From contig CALKEP010000005.1 of assembly GCA_938084645.1 (NCBI GenBank), positions 16,771-80,770 on the forward strand: a stretch of 64,000 bases of DNA, given 5' to 3'. Source of the DNA: an uncultured Phycisphaerales bacterium (GTDB lineage: Bacteria; Planctomycetota; Phycisphaerae; Phycisphaerales; SM1A02). Each line of letters starts with the position of its first letter. The first letter of the stretch is position 1. Positions 39,726-49,547 of this stretch are shown here, in pieces. The position numbers and the translations under genes were made by a program. The notes under the pieces are model-generated. The model ran no database searches, was not told the origin of the DNA, and saw only the letters and a list, made by a program, of their open reading frames with translations.

Positions 39726-40214
39726 TCACGGGGCCGTCGATCCGAACGCCGGCGCGGTCAGGTGCCGAAGGCCTGACTCCAGATGGCGATACAGCCCGAC
39801 GAAGACGCGGGATGCCAGCGTTCGGCCGTTCCTGCGTTCCGCCCGATCGACGGCGGGAGGACGGTCGAACCTGACGGAGAACTCGGGTGAGGAGCCGGTC
39901 GCGTCGGGCCGGCCCATGCGGACGACCCCGGGCCACTGGAATCCGGTCACGGCCGCGGGCTCCCGGACGGATTCGCGGGGCTGCAGATCGATGTCCGCCG
40001 AAGCGGGCTCGGTGATCCGGAAGGTTCGACCGTCGATCGTCTCTCGACTCGGGGCCGGCTCATCCAACGCCGCGATCGCGATTCTCGCGGCGGGGGTCGT
40101 CGCCAGGAATGCCACCGCGAGGACGATCGCACCAATGACCGCCGAGGACCTCGAGGCCCAGGTCGGAATGCGGGATTCCGCATCGCCTGATCTGATGGTG
40201 TCGTTCGTGGTCAT
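39726..40214 (-). CDS. Hypothetical protein with one TM segment
   Basis: ATG 40214; TM AVIGAIVLAVAFLA; no recognised motif. Confidence 0.45.
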   Translation of the reverse strand: MTTNDTIRSGDAESRIPTWASRSSAVIGAIVLAVAFLATTPAARIAIAALDEPAPSRETIDGRTFRITEPASADIDLQPRESVREPAAVTGFQWPGVVRMGRPDATGSSPEFSVRFDRPPAVDRAERRNGRTLASRVFVGLYRHLESGLRHLTAPAFGSTAP

Positions 40215-40414
40215 GGTGGTCGGTCCCTGAGAGCAAGTCGTTTCGTGGCAGTCTCTTTCTCCGATTCGCCGGAATCCGGTTTCTTCAATTCGCGGCCGGA
40301 AACGGGAATGGGGTGAACACCCACCCGAAGGATCCGCCGGTTCCCCGGGTGGAACGCGACGCATCCACGTTCATTGCAGGCCGATCGCCGATCGGACGAC
40401 GCGACCGCATGACG

Positions 40415-40446
40415 AAAAGGCGGAGCGTCCGAGTGGACGCTCCGCC
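40415..40446 (-). terminator. Rho-independent terminator of clpC
   Basis: Perfect 12-bp stem GGCGGAGCGTCC / GGACGCTCCGCC with a 4-nt loop, followed by TTTT on the minus strand, about 30 nt past the clpC stop. Confidence 0.85.
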
Positions 40447-40474
40447 GATGGCTTTCTGAATGTCGATCCCCGGG

Positions 40475-43033
40475 TCAGGCCGAGGCGGCGTTCGCGGGAT
40501 CGGGCTCCGGTTCCGGCGAATCGTCGTCACCGCCGCCATCCTCGTCGCCGCCGCTTCGGGTCGCTTCGAAGGAGAGGTGATCCTGTTCCTCCTTGCGGGT
40601 GACCTTGATCGAATCCCCTTCGAGGAACTCACCGGAGAGGAGGTTCTCCGCGAGCGGATCCTCGATGTAGGTCGAGAGGGCCCGGCGAAGCGGACGTGCA
40701 CCGAAGTCGGGGTTGTATCCCTTGTCGATGAGGAAGTCCTTCGCCGCCGCGTCGAGGTCCAGGGTCATGTTCTTCGCGGCGAGCCGCTCCCGGACCTTGG
40801 AGAGTTCGAACTCGATGATCGAGGTGAGGTTCTCGCGATCGAGCGGACGGAAGACGATGACCTCGTCGAGGCGGTTGATGAACTCGGGGCGGAAGAACTT
40901 CTCGATCTCGCTCATCAGCGAGTTCCGCATCTTGTCGTAGTCCTGCACGTCGGTCCGCTTCGCGAAACCGAAGCTGGCCCCGCCCTTGATCAGGTCGGCG
41001 CCGATGTTCGACGTCATGATCAGGATCACGTTCTTGAAGTCGACGTGTCGACCGAAGGAGTCCGTGAGTCGCCCCTCCTCCATGATCTGGAGGAGCATGT
41101 TGAAGCAGTCCGGATGCGCCTTCTCGACTTCGTCGAGCAGCACCACCGCGTAGGGGCGGCGACGGATCCGTTCGGTGAGCTGGCCGCCCTCCTCGTATCC
41201 GACGTATCCCGGAGGGGCACCGATCAGTCGACTGACGTTGTGCTTCTCCATGTACTCCGACATGTCGAGGTAGATGAGCGCGTCGGCGTCCCCGAACAGG
41301 AACTCCGCGAGCGCCTTCGCGAGCAGCGTCTTGCCCACGCCGGACGGGCCGACGAAGATGAACGATCCCATCGGACGTCGCGGATCCTTGAGACCCGAGC
41401 GGGCCTTCCGGATCGCCTTCGCGACGGCCCTGACCGCGTCGTCCTGGCTGACCACGGTCTTGTGGAGCTCGTCCTCGAGGGCGAGAAGCCGTTCGGACTC
41501 CTCCTTCTCGAGCCGGGTGAGCGGGACGCCGGTCATCTTGGAGACGACCTCCGCGATCACCTCTTCGTCGACGGTGCCGATCGTCTCGTTCATCTGCTCG
41601 CGCCACTCCTGCTGGATCCGCTCCTTCTCCTTGCGGAGCTTTTCGGCGGTGTCCCGGAGTTCGGCGGCCTTCTCGTAGTCCGCGCCCTTGACGGCTTCGT
41701 CCTTCTCGACGGCGAGACGCTCGATCTTCTCCTCGAGCTCCGCGAGATCAGGCGGCTTGGTCATGCTCTTGAGTCGCAGCCGAGCGCCGGCTTCGTCGAT
41801 CACATCGATCGACTTGTCGGGGTGGACCCGGGAGGGGATGTAGCGACCCGAAAGGTCGACCGCCGCCCGGAGCGCCTCGTCGGTGATCTTCACCTTGTGA
41901 TGCGTTTCGTACTTCTCGCGGATGCCCTTGAGGATCTCGACCGTCTGGTCGGGGGTCGGGGGCTCCACCGCGATGGACTGGAATCGTCGCTCCAGCGCGG
42001 CGTCCTTCTCGATGTACTTCCGGTACTCGTCGAAGGTGGTGGCACCCACGCACTGGATCTCGCCGCGGGCGAGCGCCGGCTTCAGGACGTTCGATGCGTC
42101 GATGGCGCCTTCGGCACCACCGGCACCCACCAGGGTGTGGAGTTCGTCGATGAAGAGCAGGACGTTCTTGGCCCGACGGACCTCGTTCATCACCGCCTTG
42201 ATCCGCTCCTCGAACTGGCCTCGGTACTTGGTTCCCGCGACCATCGCCGCGAGATCGAGGACGACGAGTCGCTTGTCCCAGAGGAGGTCGGGGATGTCCT
42301 GATCGACGATCCGCTGGGCGAGGCCCTCGACGATCGCCGTCTTGCCCACGCCCGCCTCGCCGAGCAGGACGGGGTTGTTCTTGGTGCGGCGGCAGAGGAC
42401 CTGGACCAGTCGTTCGATCTCCATGGAACGCCCGATCACCGGATCGAGCTCGCCCTGCTTGGCGAGTTCGGTCAGGTCGCGGCCGAAGGAGTCGAGGGCC
42501 GGCGTCTTGCTCTTGCCGGCGGCACGACGGGGGCCTCCGCCCTGCGGACCCGCGGGGGTCTCGCCGGATTCGGGGGACTGTTCGTCGGGTTCGACACCGG
42601 CGCCGAGGAGGTTGAGCACCTCGTCGCGGACTTCTTCGAGCTTCAATCCGAGGTTCATGAGCACCTGGGCGGCCACGCCGTCGTGTTCACGGAGCAGGCC
42701 GAGGAGCAGGTGCTCCGTGCCGACGTAGTTGTGGTTGAGGTTCCGGGCCTCCTCGATGGCGTACTCGATGACCTTCTTGGCTCGCGGCGTCTGCGGCAGC
42801 TTGCCCATCGTCACCATCTCGGGGCCGCTCTTGACGAGCTTCTCCACCTCGAGGCGGACCTTGCGAAGATCGATGTCGAGGTTCTTGAGGACGTTCGCAC
42901 CGACCCCGGAACCCTCCTTCACGAGGCCGAGCAGGATGTGCTCCGTACCGATGTATTCATGGTTGAACCGCTGCGCCTCCTGATTGGCGAGGGCCATCAC
43001 CTTGCGAGCTCGGTCGGTCAGTCTTTCGAACAT
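40475..43033 (-). CDS. clpC: ATP-dependent Clp protease ATPase ClpC
   Basis: [12 protein letters not shown] start, two Clp-N repeats, [12 protein letters not shown]-domain, GPSGVGKT and a FGF ClpP-docking loop. Confidence 0.97.
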   Translation of the reverse strand: MFERLTDRARKVMALANQEAQRFNHEYIGTEHILLGLVKEGSGVGANVLKNLDIDLRKVRLEVEKLVKSGPEMVTMGKLPQTPRAKKVIEYAIEEARNLNHNYVGTEHLLLGLLREHDGVAAQVLMNLGLKLEEVRDEVLNLLGAGVEPDEQSPESGETPAGPQGGGPRRAAGKSKTPALDSFGRDLTELAKQGELDPVIGRSMEIERLVQVLCRRTKNNPVLLGEAGVGKTAIVEGLAQRIVDQDIPDLLWDKRLVVLDLAAMVAGTKYRGQFEERIKAVMNEVRRAKNVLLFIDELHTLVGAGGAEGAIDASNVLKPALARGEIQCVGATTFDEYRKYIEKDAALERRFQSIAVEPPTPDQTVEILKGIREKYETHHKVKITDEALRAAVDLSGRYIPSRVHPDKSIDVIDEAGARLRLKSMTKPPDLAELEEKIERLAVEKDEAVKGADYEKAAELRDTAEKLRKEKERIQQEWREQMNETIGTVDEEVIAEVVSKMTGVPLTRLEKEESERLLALEDELHKTVVSQDDAVRAVAKAIRKARSGLKDPRRPMGSFIFVGPSGVGKTLLAKALAEFLFGDADALIYLDMSEYMEKHNVSRLIGAPPGYVGYEEGGQLTERIRRRPYAVVLLDEVEKAHPDCFNMLLQIMEEGRLTDSFGRHVDFKNVILIMTSNIGADLIKGGASFGFAKRTDVQDYDKMRNSLMSEIEKFFRPEFINRLDEVIVFRPLDRENLTSIIEFELSKVRERLAAKNMTLDLDAAAKDFLIDKGYNPDFGARPLRRALSTYIEDPLAENLLSGEFLEGDSIKVTRKEEQDHLSFEATRSGGDEDGGGDDDSPEPEPDPANAASA

Positions 43034-43229
43034 GGGAATCTCCGGATTGTTGGCTGGTCGGCCTGCTTCACAATGGTACGCACGTGCCCGTCGCAGGGTC
43101 GTCCATCCCACGAGGTGGGGGGCAACATCCATGCCGGAACCACCTGTAGCCCTTGCATCGGCCCGGAAACTGCCTCGATCGACCGGATATCCCGAATCGA
43201 AGTCAGGAATCCGCCCGTATGGTGGTTTC

Positions 43230-44663
43230 ATGCGTCGACTGGCTCCTGTCATCCTGACGGCTTGCGGCGTCCTGGCCTGCGGGGTTGCCACACCCGCCGC
43301 GGCCTCGACGGACGACCCGCCCGCAGAATCCACGGAACCCGCGTCTCCGGCAACGGCGTTCCAGGAGGGAGTGGTCGGGCTCGCGTCACCGCTGCCGCTT
43401 CGAATCGAGGATCTCGCGGGAAAAACGTACGTTGGAAAGGTCGATCGTTTCGACGACGACGGCCTCTACGGTGCGATCGGATTCGTTCGCTGGGTGGATC
43501 TGAAGCCTGCGGATCGCTTCCGAATCGGGCGTTCCCTGCTCAGTCGGGCGCGTCGGGAGGATGTCGCAGGGCTCGCATGGCTGGTGTACATGCTGGAGGC
43601 GACTCGGACGGATGCGTTCCGGGATCGAGCCGTGAACCTGCTGATCGCGGCGGCGGGCGACGACGCCGACGCCTGGCTGGCGGAATCGAGTCGAAGAGCG
43701 CAAGAATTGCTCGATGCCTCAGCGGCGTTGGCGGCGGCGTCGGAAGCGGCCCGATTCAGGCGGGGGCGACCACATCACCACCCTCGTGGATCCAACGCCT
43801 GGCCGCCGATCGACGTTCGGACCGGGGTCGAGGCGGCGGACCGCCTCCGCGCGGCTGGCGAGGAGGCCACCGAAGGACTGGGGCTCGAGGGGGTTCGAAC
43901 GCGAAGGACGATCGTGATCGGCGGTGGCGGGGTCGACCGACTCGCTCGCGTCGGTGTGCGATGCGACCGCTGGCTCGACGGAATCGCGGCGACGCTCGGA
44001 CTTCCGCCGGGCCTCGACCCGTTCCCGGGCGGTGTTCTGCTGGTCGAGGTCGCGGATCATGATCAGCTTCGGATGTTGAGCGCCGGCCGGTTCGGGCATG
44101 AGGTGCTCGACGCCGACGACGCCATCGTCTTCGTGACCGACGATGGGCCGTTCATCATCACCGCGCCGCCCCGGGCCGAGCGGATCTCGAACGTCGCCCG
44201 GGGCATCGATCCCGATCGCGACCCGAACGCCGGCCTCGTCGCGGAAGAGGAGGTGCGATGCATCACCCGCGGCATGCTGGCGATGCTCGAGACGCGGCGT
44301 ACGCTTCCCGCGTGGTTCGTCGAGGGACTGGCCGAGGCGATGGCGTCGACCCTCGTCCCCGGTTCCCGCATCGATGCGATTCGACGGCCCCGCGCCCTCG
44401 CTTCGATCCGGGAGGGGCGTTCGCCGCGATGGATCCTCGACGTCGATGGTCACGATTCGGTCTTCGATCCGGGGGGGCTCGGGCGGGACGTCGCCTTCAT
44501 CGTCGTCACCCGCCTGCTCGAAGCGGGGCCCGGCGTGGTCCCGGGCCTCGTCACCGATCTGAAAGCGGGACGATCGCTGGACGAAGCGTTCCGACGGCGG
44601 CTCGGCGTCTCGGCCGCCGCATGGTTCGCGGATACTGCCGACTGGTTCCGCTTCAACGACTGA
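43230..44663 (+). CDS. Exported hypothetical protein with a degenerate gluzincin-like motif
   Basis: Signal peptide MRRLAPVILTACGVLACG; PAWFVEGLAE motif but no HEXXH. Confidence 0.65.
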   Translation: MRRLAPVILTACGVLACGVATPAAASTDDPPAESTEPASPATAFQEGVVGLASPLPLRIEDLAGKTYVGKVDRFDDDGLYGAIGFVRWVDLKPADRFRIGRSLLSRARREDVAGLAWLVYMLEATRTDAFRDRAVNLLIAAAGDDADAWLAESSRRAQELLDASAALAAASEAARFRRGRPHHHPRGSNAWPPIDVRTGVEAADRLRAAGEEATEGLGLEGVRTRRTIVIGGGGVDRLARVGVRCDRWLDGIAATLGLPPGLDPFPGGVLLVEVADHDQLRMLSAGRFGHEVLDADDAIVFVTDDGPFIITAPPRAERISNVARGIDPDRDPNAGLVAEEEVRCITRGMLAMLETRRTLPAWFVEGLAEAMASTLVPGSRIDAIRRPRALASIREGRSPRWILDVDGHDSVFDPGGLGRDVAFIVVTRLLEAGPGVVPGLVTDLKAGRSLDEAFRRRLGVSAAAWFADTADWFRFND

Positions 44664-44677
44664 TGCGCACGCCGGGT

Positions 44678-46093
44678 TCAGGCGGGACTCGTGCGACGGT
44701 CGACCGGGACGACGCACCAGGTCAGGAGGAGCGCCGCCGCCGCGAGCCCGAGGGCGAACAGGTAGCTCGTGGCGATTCCGGGTGCGTAGTCGGTCATCGC
44801 CGCACCGCCCTCGGCCCGGATCATCGCCGCCGATGCGACCACGCCGATGTTCCCGCTCATGATCATCACCGTGAGCATCGAGCCGCTGGCGAGCCCGACG
44901 TTCCGTTCCGGGATCGTGGCGATGCCGCCGGCCTGCGACATCGACCAGCCCCACGAGCAGCCGAAACCGACCACGAGCAGTCCGATCGCCAGCCAGGGAG
45001 AGACCTCGGACATCCAGAAGACGACGCAGGCCGCACTTTGAATCGCGGTGGCGAAGAGCAGCATGCGACGGGTGCCGACCCGACGCTGGATCGCGGGACC
45101 GATGAAGCCGGCGATCGCCACGGGGCCGCTGAGATACAGGAACTGGAATCCGGTGGTCATCGCATCGTCGCCACGCACCTCCTGCAGGTACAGGGTCGTC
45201 GCGAAGATCAGCACGCACCAGCAGGTGTTGCTCAGGCTGCCTCCGAGGAGGTAGCCCGCGAAGTGGCGATTGCCGAGCAGCCGGAGATCGATCAGCGGAC
45301 TCGACCGCCGCAGCTCGCAGGGGATGAAGAGGATCAGGGCCAGGAGGCCGCCCCCGAGCATCGGGAGCCACGTCGTCGGGGGTGAATCGGGAATCCACGC
45401 GACCCCGATCGAGAGGCCGCCGATCCCCAGGGTGAGCAACGCGATGCCCGGGAAGTCGATGCGGCCTTCGCCGATGTCGGGGTTCCTGCTCTCCGAGGCG
45501 GAGATCAGGATCAGGACGAAGGCGATCGCGGAGAGCGGGAGATTGATGAGGAACACCCACCGCCAGTCCGCCAGTTCGGTGAAGACGCCGCCCACCACCG
45601 GACCGATCGCCATGCCGATGGTGGCGATGCCGGTGAGGATCGACATCATTCGCGGCAGTTCGGATCGGCTGGTGCTCGCGCCGACCACCGCGGTCGAAAG
45701 CGGGAAGAGGAGCCCGGCACCGACGCCGAGCGCGAGTCTCGACACGATCAGCATCGTCACGGAACCGGCGTATCCGACCCAGAGCGATGCCGCGCCGAAC
45801 AGGACGATGCCCAGGAGAAGAAGTCGACGTCGGCCGTACCGGTCGCCGAGCGGACCTGCGATCGCGAGCACGATCGAGAAGGTCAGGACGTAGCCGGTGA
45901 TCACCCATTGGAGGCTGTCGGCGGAGACGTCGAAGTCCCGTGCCATGCTCGGAAGGGTGATCGCCGTCGCGGTGTAGTCGATGACCACCAGCATCTGTGC
46001 GATGCCGGCGGCGAGAAGCAGGAGCAGGTTGGCGATCGGTCGCCGATGGGCGGGAAGCGGGGTGGAATCTGCTTCAGCGGCCTTCGGGCTCAA
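44678..46093 (-). CDS. MFS transporter (DHA2/EmrB-like)
   Basis: GPLGDRYGRRR motif A, GPVVGG..WRWVFLINLP and PLIDLRL; many TM segments. Confidence 0.93.
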   Translation of the reverse strand: MSPKAAEADSTPLPAHRRPIANLLLLLAAGIAQMLVVIDYTATAITLPSMARDFDVSADSLQWVITGYVLTFSIVLAIAGPLGDRYGRRRLLLLGIVLFGAASLWVGYAGSVTMLIVSRLALGVGAGLLFPLSTAVVGASTSRSELPRMMSILTGIATIGMAIGPVVGGVFTELADWRWVFLINLPLSAIAFVLILISASESRNPDIGEGRIDFPGIALLTLGIGGLSIGVAWIPDSPPTTWLPMLGGGLLALILFIPCELRRSSPLIDLRLLGNRHFAGYLLGGSLSNTCWCVLIFATTLYLQEVRGDDAMTTGFQFLYLSGPVAIAGFIGPAIQRRVGTRRMLLFATAIQSAACVVFWMSEVSPWLAIGLLVVGFGCSWGWSMSQAGGIATIPERNVGLASGSMLTVMIMSGNIGVVASAAMIRAEGGAAMTDYAPGIATSYLFALGLAAAALLLTWCVVPVDRRTSPA

Positions 46094-47052
46094 GGGCTCG
46101 TCTCCACCGCTCGCCCGTCTTCGAGTCGCACCACTCGGTCTGCGTACTCCGCGACGTTCGGATCATGGGTCACCATGACGATGGTCAACCCCGCGTCGTG
46201 TCGTTTCTTCAGGAGGTCGAGGATCTCGCGTCCGGTCGCGGCGTCGAGGTTCCCCGTCGGTTCGTCGGCGAGCAGGATGCCGGGGTCGCTGGCGAGGGCC
46301 CGGGCGATGGCGGTTCGCTGCCGCTCGCCGCCCGAGAGCTGACTGGGTTTGTGCCGGAGCCGGTGACCGAGGCCGAAGTCCTCGAGGGTCGCCCGGGACG
46401 CGGCGGCTTCCGGCCCCGACTGGAGTCGGATCCGCTCGCCGATCACCTGGCCGATCTGGAGGAGCACCACGCCGACCGCGGCCCCAAGCACGCCGAAGAC
46501 GGCCGCGATCACCGCCATCTTCGAGTCGGTCGCGACGTCCGCGTCCGGAAGGACGCCCTGGCCGGCGAAGAAGCCGATCGCGGCGCCGATGCCGCCACCC
46601 ACGATGGCGGCGAGCAGGGGCAGGGTCGCGGCGATCCAGCGATTCGGAACGAGGCACGGCAGCATCGCGTTCTCGAGCACGCTCAGTTCGGGCAGCAGGT
46701 GATAGAACTGGAACACGAATCCGACGCTTCGATTCCGGTAGTGATTCAATTCGGCGTTGTTGAACCGGCTCACGTCCCGGCCTTCGTGCCGGATCGCGTC
46801 CCGTGTCGTGCCGCGGTCGGGCCGGTCCAGGCCGCCGAGCAGATGGAGAAGGGTGCTCTTTCCGCTTCCGCTCGCGCCGAGAATGGCGACCCATTCGCCC
46901 CGACGCACCTCGATCGACGCGTCCTCCAGCACCCGGACCGGGATGCGTCCGAGTCGGTAGGTCTTCCGGACGCCGGTGGCCTGCAGGACGACCTGCGACG
47001 GTTCGCGGTCCGAGGCGGTCTTCGAGGATGTCGTCTTCGGTTCCTCGTTCAT
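46090..47052 (-). CDS. lolD: LolD/MacB-type ABC ATPase with an internal hydrophobic hairpin insertion
   Basis: GASGSGKSTLLHLLGGLD, GFVFQFYHLLPEL, LSGGERQR, LADEPTGNLD and VTHD. ATG 47052 overlaps the permease stop. Confidence 0.88.
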   Translation of the reverse strand: MNEEPKTTSSKTASDREPSQVVLQATGVRKTYRLGRIPVRVLEDASIEVRRGEWVAILGASGSGKSTLLHLLGGLDRPDRGTTRDAIRHEGRDVSRFNNAELNHYRNRSVGFVFQFYHLLPELSVLENAMLPCLVPNRWIAATLPLLAAIVGGGIGAAIGFFAGQGVLPDADVATDSKMAVIAAVFGVLGAAVGVVLLQIGQVIGERIRLQSGPEAAASRATLEDFGLGHRLRHKPSQLSGGERQRTAIARALASDPGILLADEPTGNLDAATGREILDLLKKRHDAGLTIVMVTHDPNVAEYADRVVRLEDGRAVETSP

Positions 47053-48677
47053 TCGTAGCGAAGGGCTCGTACCGGATCGGTGTCCGCGGCCTTGGCCGCC
47101 GGGATGGCGGCGCCGAGGACGCTGAAGACGACCGCACCGGCCATGGTGAGGGTGGCGCTGAACCAGTCGACCTGGTTCGGGATGGAATTGAAGTAGTAGA
47201 CGGCGGGATCCCACATCAGGAATCCTCGATGCAGAAGCAGCGCCGTGCCGACGCACCCGAGCACCAGCACGCCCACGATGGAGAGCAGCGTTCGAAGCAT
47301 CGCACCGCGAATCGCGGCCTGGACCACCACGCCGAGCATCGCCGTGGCGAGGACGAAGGCGGTGATCCACGTCCAGGTGGGGGCCGGTTCCCCCATGGCT
47401 TCGTGGATCGAGTTGATGTTGTTCACCACGATCCAGCCGAGCACCGCGCCGAGCACCGCGCCGGCGAGTCCGATCACCAGCCCGTACGCCAGGAACACGC
47501 CGAGCACCCCGGGACGCGACGCGCCGACGGCTCGCAGGATCCCGATGTCGCGGGTCTTCTCGTGGACGATCGCCCAGAAGATCGAGAGCACGAGTCCGGC
47601 ACACACCAGGTAGACGATCGAGAAGAGGATGCGCATGAGTTCACGCTCCTTCTCCACCGGGCCGATCATGTCCCGCAGCTGTTCGCGCCAGGTGCGGATG
47701 CCGACGAATGCCTCGTCGGGGGGGCGGATCGTCACCCCGCCCTCGTCGGCGATCTTCGCGGCGAAGGACGCGTAGGCCTCGCGGACCGCGTCGCGGAGCG
47801 CTTCGGGCGCGACGCCTTCCGCGGCCCGGACCAGGATCATCTGCACCCTGGCCGGATAGGTGCCGATCTTCGAGAGTTCTCCGGTCTCGTCCAGAAGCTG
47901 CTGATCGTAGATCGGCGCCGCGTCGAGCCCCAGCATCCGCTGGCCGGTCTCGATTCCGATCATCGCCCGGCGGGAATCGATCTGGTAGACGCCCGATTGG
48001 AACTCGTTGGCGACGGAGAAACGACGATTGTCCGGCTTCTCGATCCGACCGCTGGTCGAGATCGGGATCAGCGTGATCTCCACGTCGCGGAGTGGCAGCC
48101 AGAACGCCGGCGCGCGCACCTCGTAGTCGCCGGATGGACCGCGTGCCTTGGTCGCCGAATCGATCTCGACGCCGAGCACCACCTTCGGCGAGTCGCCCTC
48201 GGTGACGGGATCCAGCTGCGGCAGCCCTTCGAGATCGGGAAGGTCGATGCCGTCGAACTCCTTCGCGAGTTCCTCGACCTCCGGGGGGATGCCGTCCCAG
48301 ACGAGGCTCGGTCCGAAGTCCACGACCCGGTCGAAGCTCTCGGGATCGATGCCCCACACCTGCACCCCTTCGGTGCGATTGCCGTAGGGGAGCTTCAGCA
48401 GTCCGAAACTCTCCACCACCGGGGTGGCGGCGTCCGCTTCCGGCCGGGACTCGATCTCGTCGACGAGCAGGTCGTAGTGGGGGATCCCCGGATCCGCGTA
48501 CCGAACGATCACGTCGCCCATCAGGGTCCGACCGGAGTTCAGGAGCATGTCGAGGAAACCCGACATGACGCTCACCACGATGATCACCAGACCGACGCAC
48601 AACGCGACCGCCGCCACCGCGATGAGCGGGATGATCCGGCTGGCGAGATAGCGGTTGGCGAGGAGCGGCTGGTACAC
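47049..48677 (-). CDS. LolC/E-type (type VII ABC) permease
   Basis: RYL..IIVVSVMSGF TM1, large periplasmic domain, EKTRDIGILRAVGA, VYYFNSIP and PAAKAADTDPVRALRYE. Confidence 0.9.
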   Translation of the reverse strand: MYQPLLANRYLASRIIPLIAVAAVALCVGLVIIVVSVMSGFLDMLLNSGRTLMGDVIVRYADPGIPHYDLLVDEIESRPEADAATPVVESFGLLKLPYGNRTEGVQVWGIDPESFDRVVDFGPSLVWDGIPPEVEELAKEFDGIDLPDLEGLPQLDPVTEGDSPKVVLGVEIDSATKARGPSGDYEVRAPAFWLPLRDVEITLIPISTSGRIEKPDNRRFSVANEFQSGVYQIDSRRAMIGIETGQRMLGLDAAPIYDQQLLDETGELSKIGTYPARVQMILVRAAEGVAPEALRDAVREAYASFAAKIADEGGVTIRPPDEAFVGIRTWREQLRDMIGPVEKERELMRILFSIVYLVCAGLVLSIFWAIVHEKTRDIGILRAVGASRPGVLGVFLAYGLVIGLAGAVLGAVLGWIVVNNINSIHEAMGEPAPTWTWITAFVLATAMLGVVVQAAIRGAMLRTLLSIVGVLVLGCVGTALLLHRGFLMWDPAVYYFNSIPNQVDWFSATLTMAGAVVFSVLGAAIPAAKAADTDPVRALRYE

Positions 48678-48726
48678 GAGGGTCGGGCCGAGAGTGGTTG
48701 GAGGCGGTGTTTCGAGGCGATCGGCA

Positions 48727-49479
48727 TCATCCCCGATTTGGAGCGTTCCTGCCGGAGACGTCGAAGGCGTCGATCAGTTCGGCTGGAACACCGATGTCGA
48801 CGATCTCCATCCGGCCCCGGAGGGCCTCGGCGCCCGGTGAGAGGAGTCCGATCTTCGGCGCCACCATCGTGGCGGTGACGTCGGCGGGGAGACAGGTCCC
48901 GAGCACCGAACCGGTGTCGGCGTCGAGTCCGCTCGGGACGTCGATCGCCACCACGAGGGCGGGGTGGCCTCGAATCGCCTCGATCAGGGCCGCGGCAGGA
49001 CCGGCGAGCGGACGGGCGAGGCCGGTCCCGAAGAGGGCATCCACCACGAGGGCGTCTTCGAGCGTGTTCGCGAACGCCGGATCCCGAAGGTCGGAGGCCG
49101 GTCGGACGGGAATGCCGAACGAGATCGCGATCGTGCGATTCGTCGCCGCGTCGCCGGGGGCCGGGGGCGAGGCGAGTTCGATCACCTCGACCGGAACATC
49201 GCTCCGTCGGAGGAGTCGGGCGATCGCCCAGCCGTCTCCGCCGTTGTTTCCCGGTCCGCACAGGACGACCACGCGTCGAATGCCGGTCCTGGCGAGCTCG
49301 CGTTCGATCAGCGCGGTGGACCCGATCGCGGCGTGTTCCATGAGCAGGAGGCCGGGAATCCCGCACCGGGTCGTGGCGGCGGCGTCGAGCGCGGTCGCGG
49401 CGGCTCGGTCGAGCCACGGACCTCCGGACGGGAGATCGGCGGGGTCTGGATCGGCGTCGGCCCTGGCGGCTTGGGACAT
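48727..49479 (-). CDS. nnrE: NAD(P)H-hydrate epimerase (stand-alone YjeF N-terminal domain)
   Basis: LMEHAA, CGPGNNGGDG, VDALFGTG and AIDVPSG. Confidence 0.92.
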   Translation of the reverse strand: MSQAARADADPDPADLPSGGPWLDRAAATALDAAATTRCGIPGLLLMEHAAIGSTALIERELARTGIRRVVVLCGPGNNGGDGWAIARLLRRSDVPVEVIELASPPAPGDAATNRTIAISFGIPVRPASDLRDPAFANTLEDALVVDALFGTGLARPLAGPAAALIEAIRGHPALVVAIDVPSGLDADTGSVLGTCLPADVTATMVAPKIGLLSPGAEALRGRMEIVDIGVPAELIDAFDVSGRNAPNRG

Positions 49480-49485
49480 GGGCGG

Positions 49486-49538
49486 AGTGTAGACCCGAAG
49501 TCGGCGTCGCCACCGTCCGGACGGCACCTTCGTACCAT
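49486..49538. promoter_or_regulatory. Back-to-back putative -10 boxes: TACACT (minus, 49486-49491) and TACCAT (plus, 49533-49538)
   Basis: They lie 6 nt and 9 nt before the divergent ATGs at 49479 and 49548. Confidence 0.55.
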
Positions 49539-49547
49539 GCACGGCCC

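Noticed and set aside
40460..44062. 1200-aa plus-strand ORF
   Set aside because: Antisense mirror of clpC with no motifs.
47053..47604. N-terminal extension of the ABC ATPase in the ORF track, suggesting a permease-ATPase fusion
   Set aside because: It is a different frame overlapping the permease. The ATGA overlap at 47049-47052 indicates two genes.
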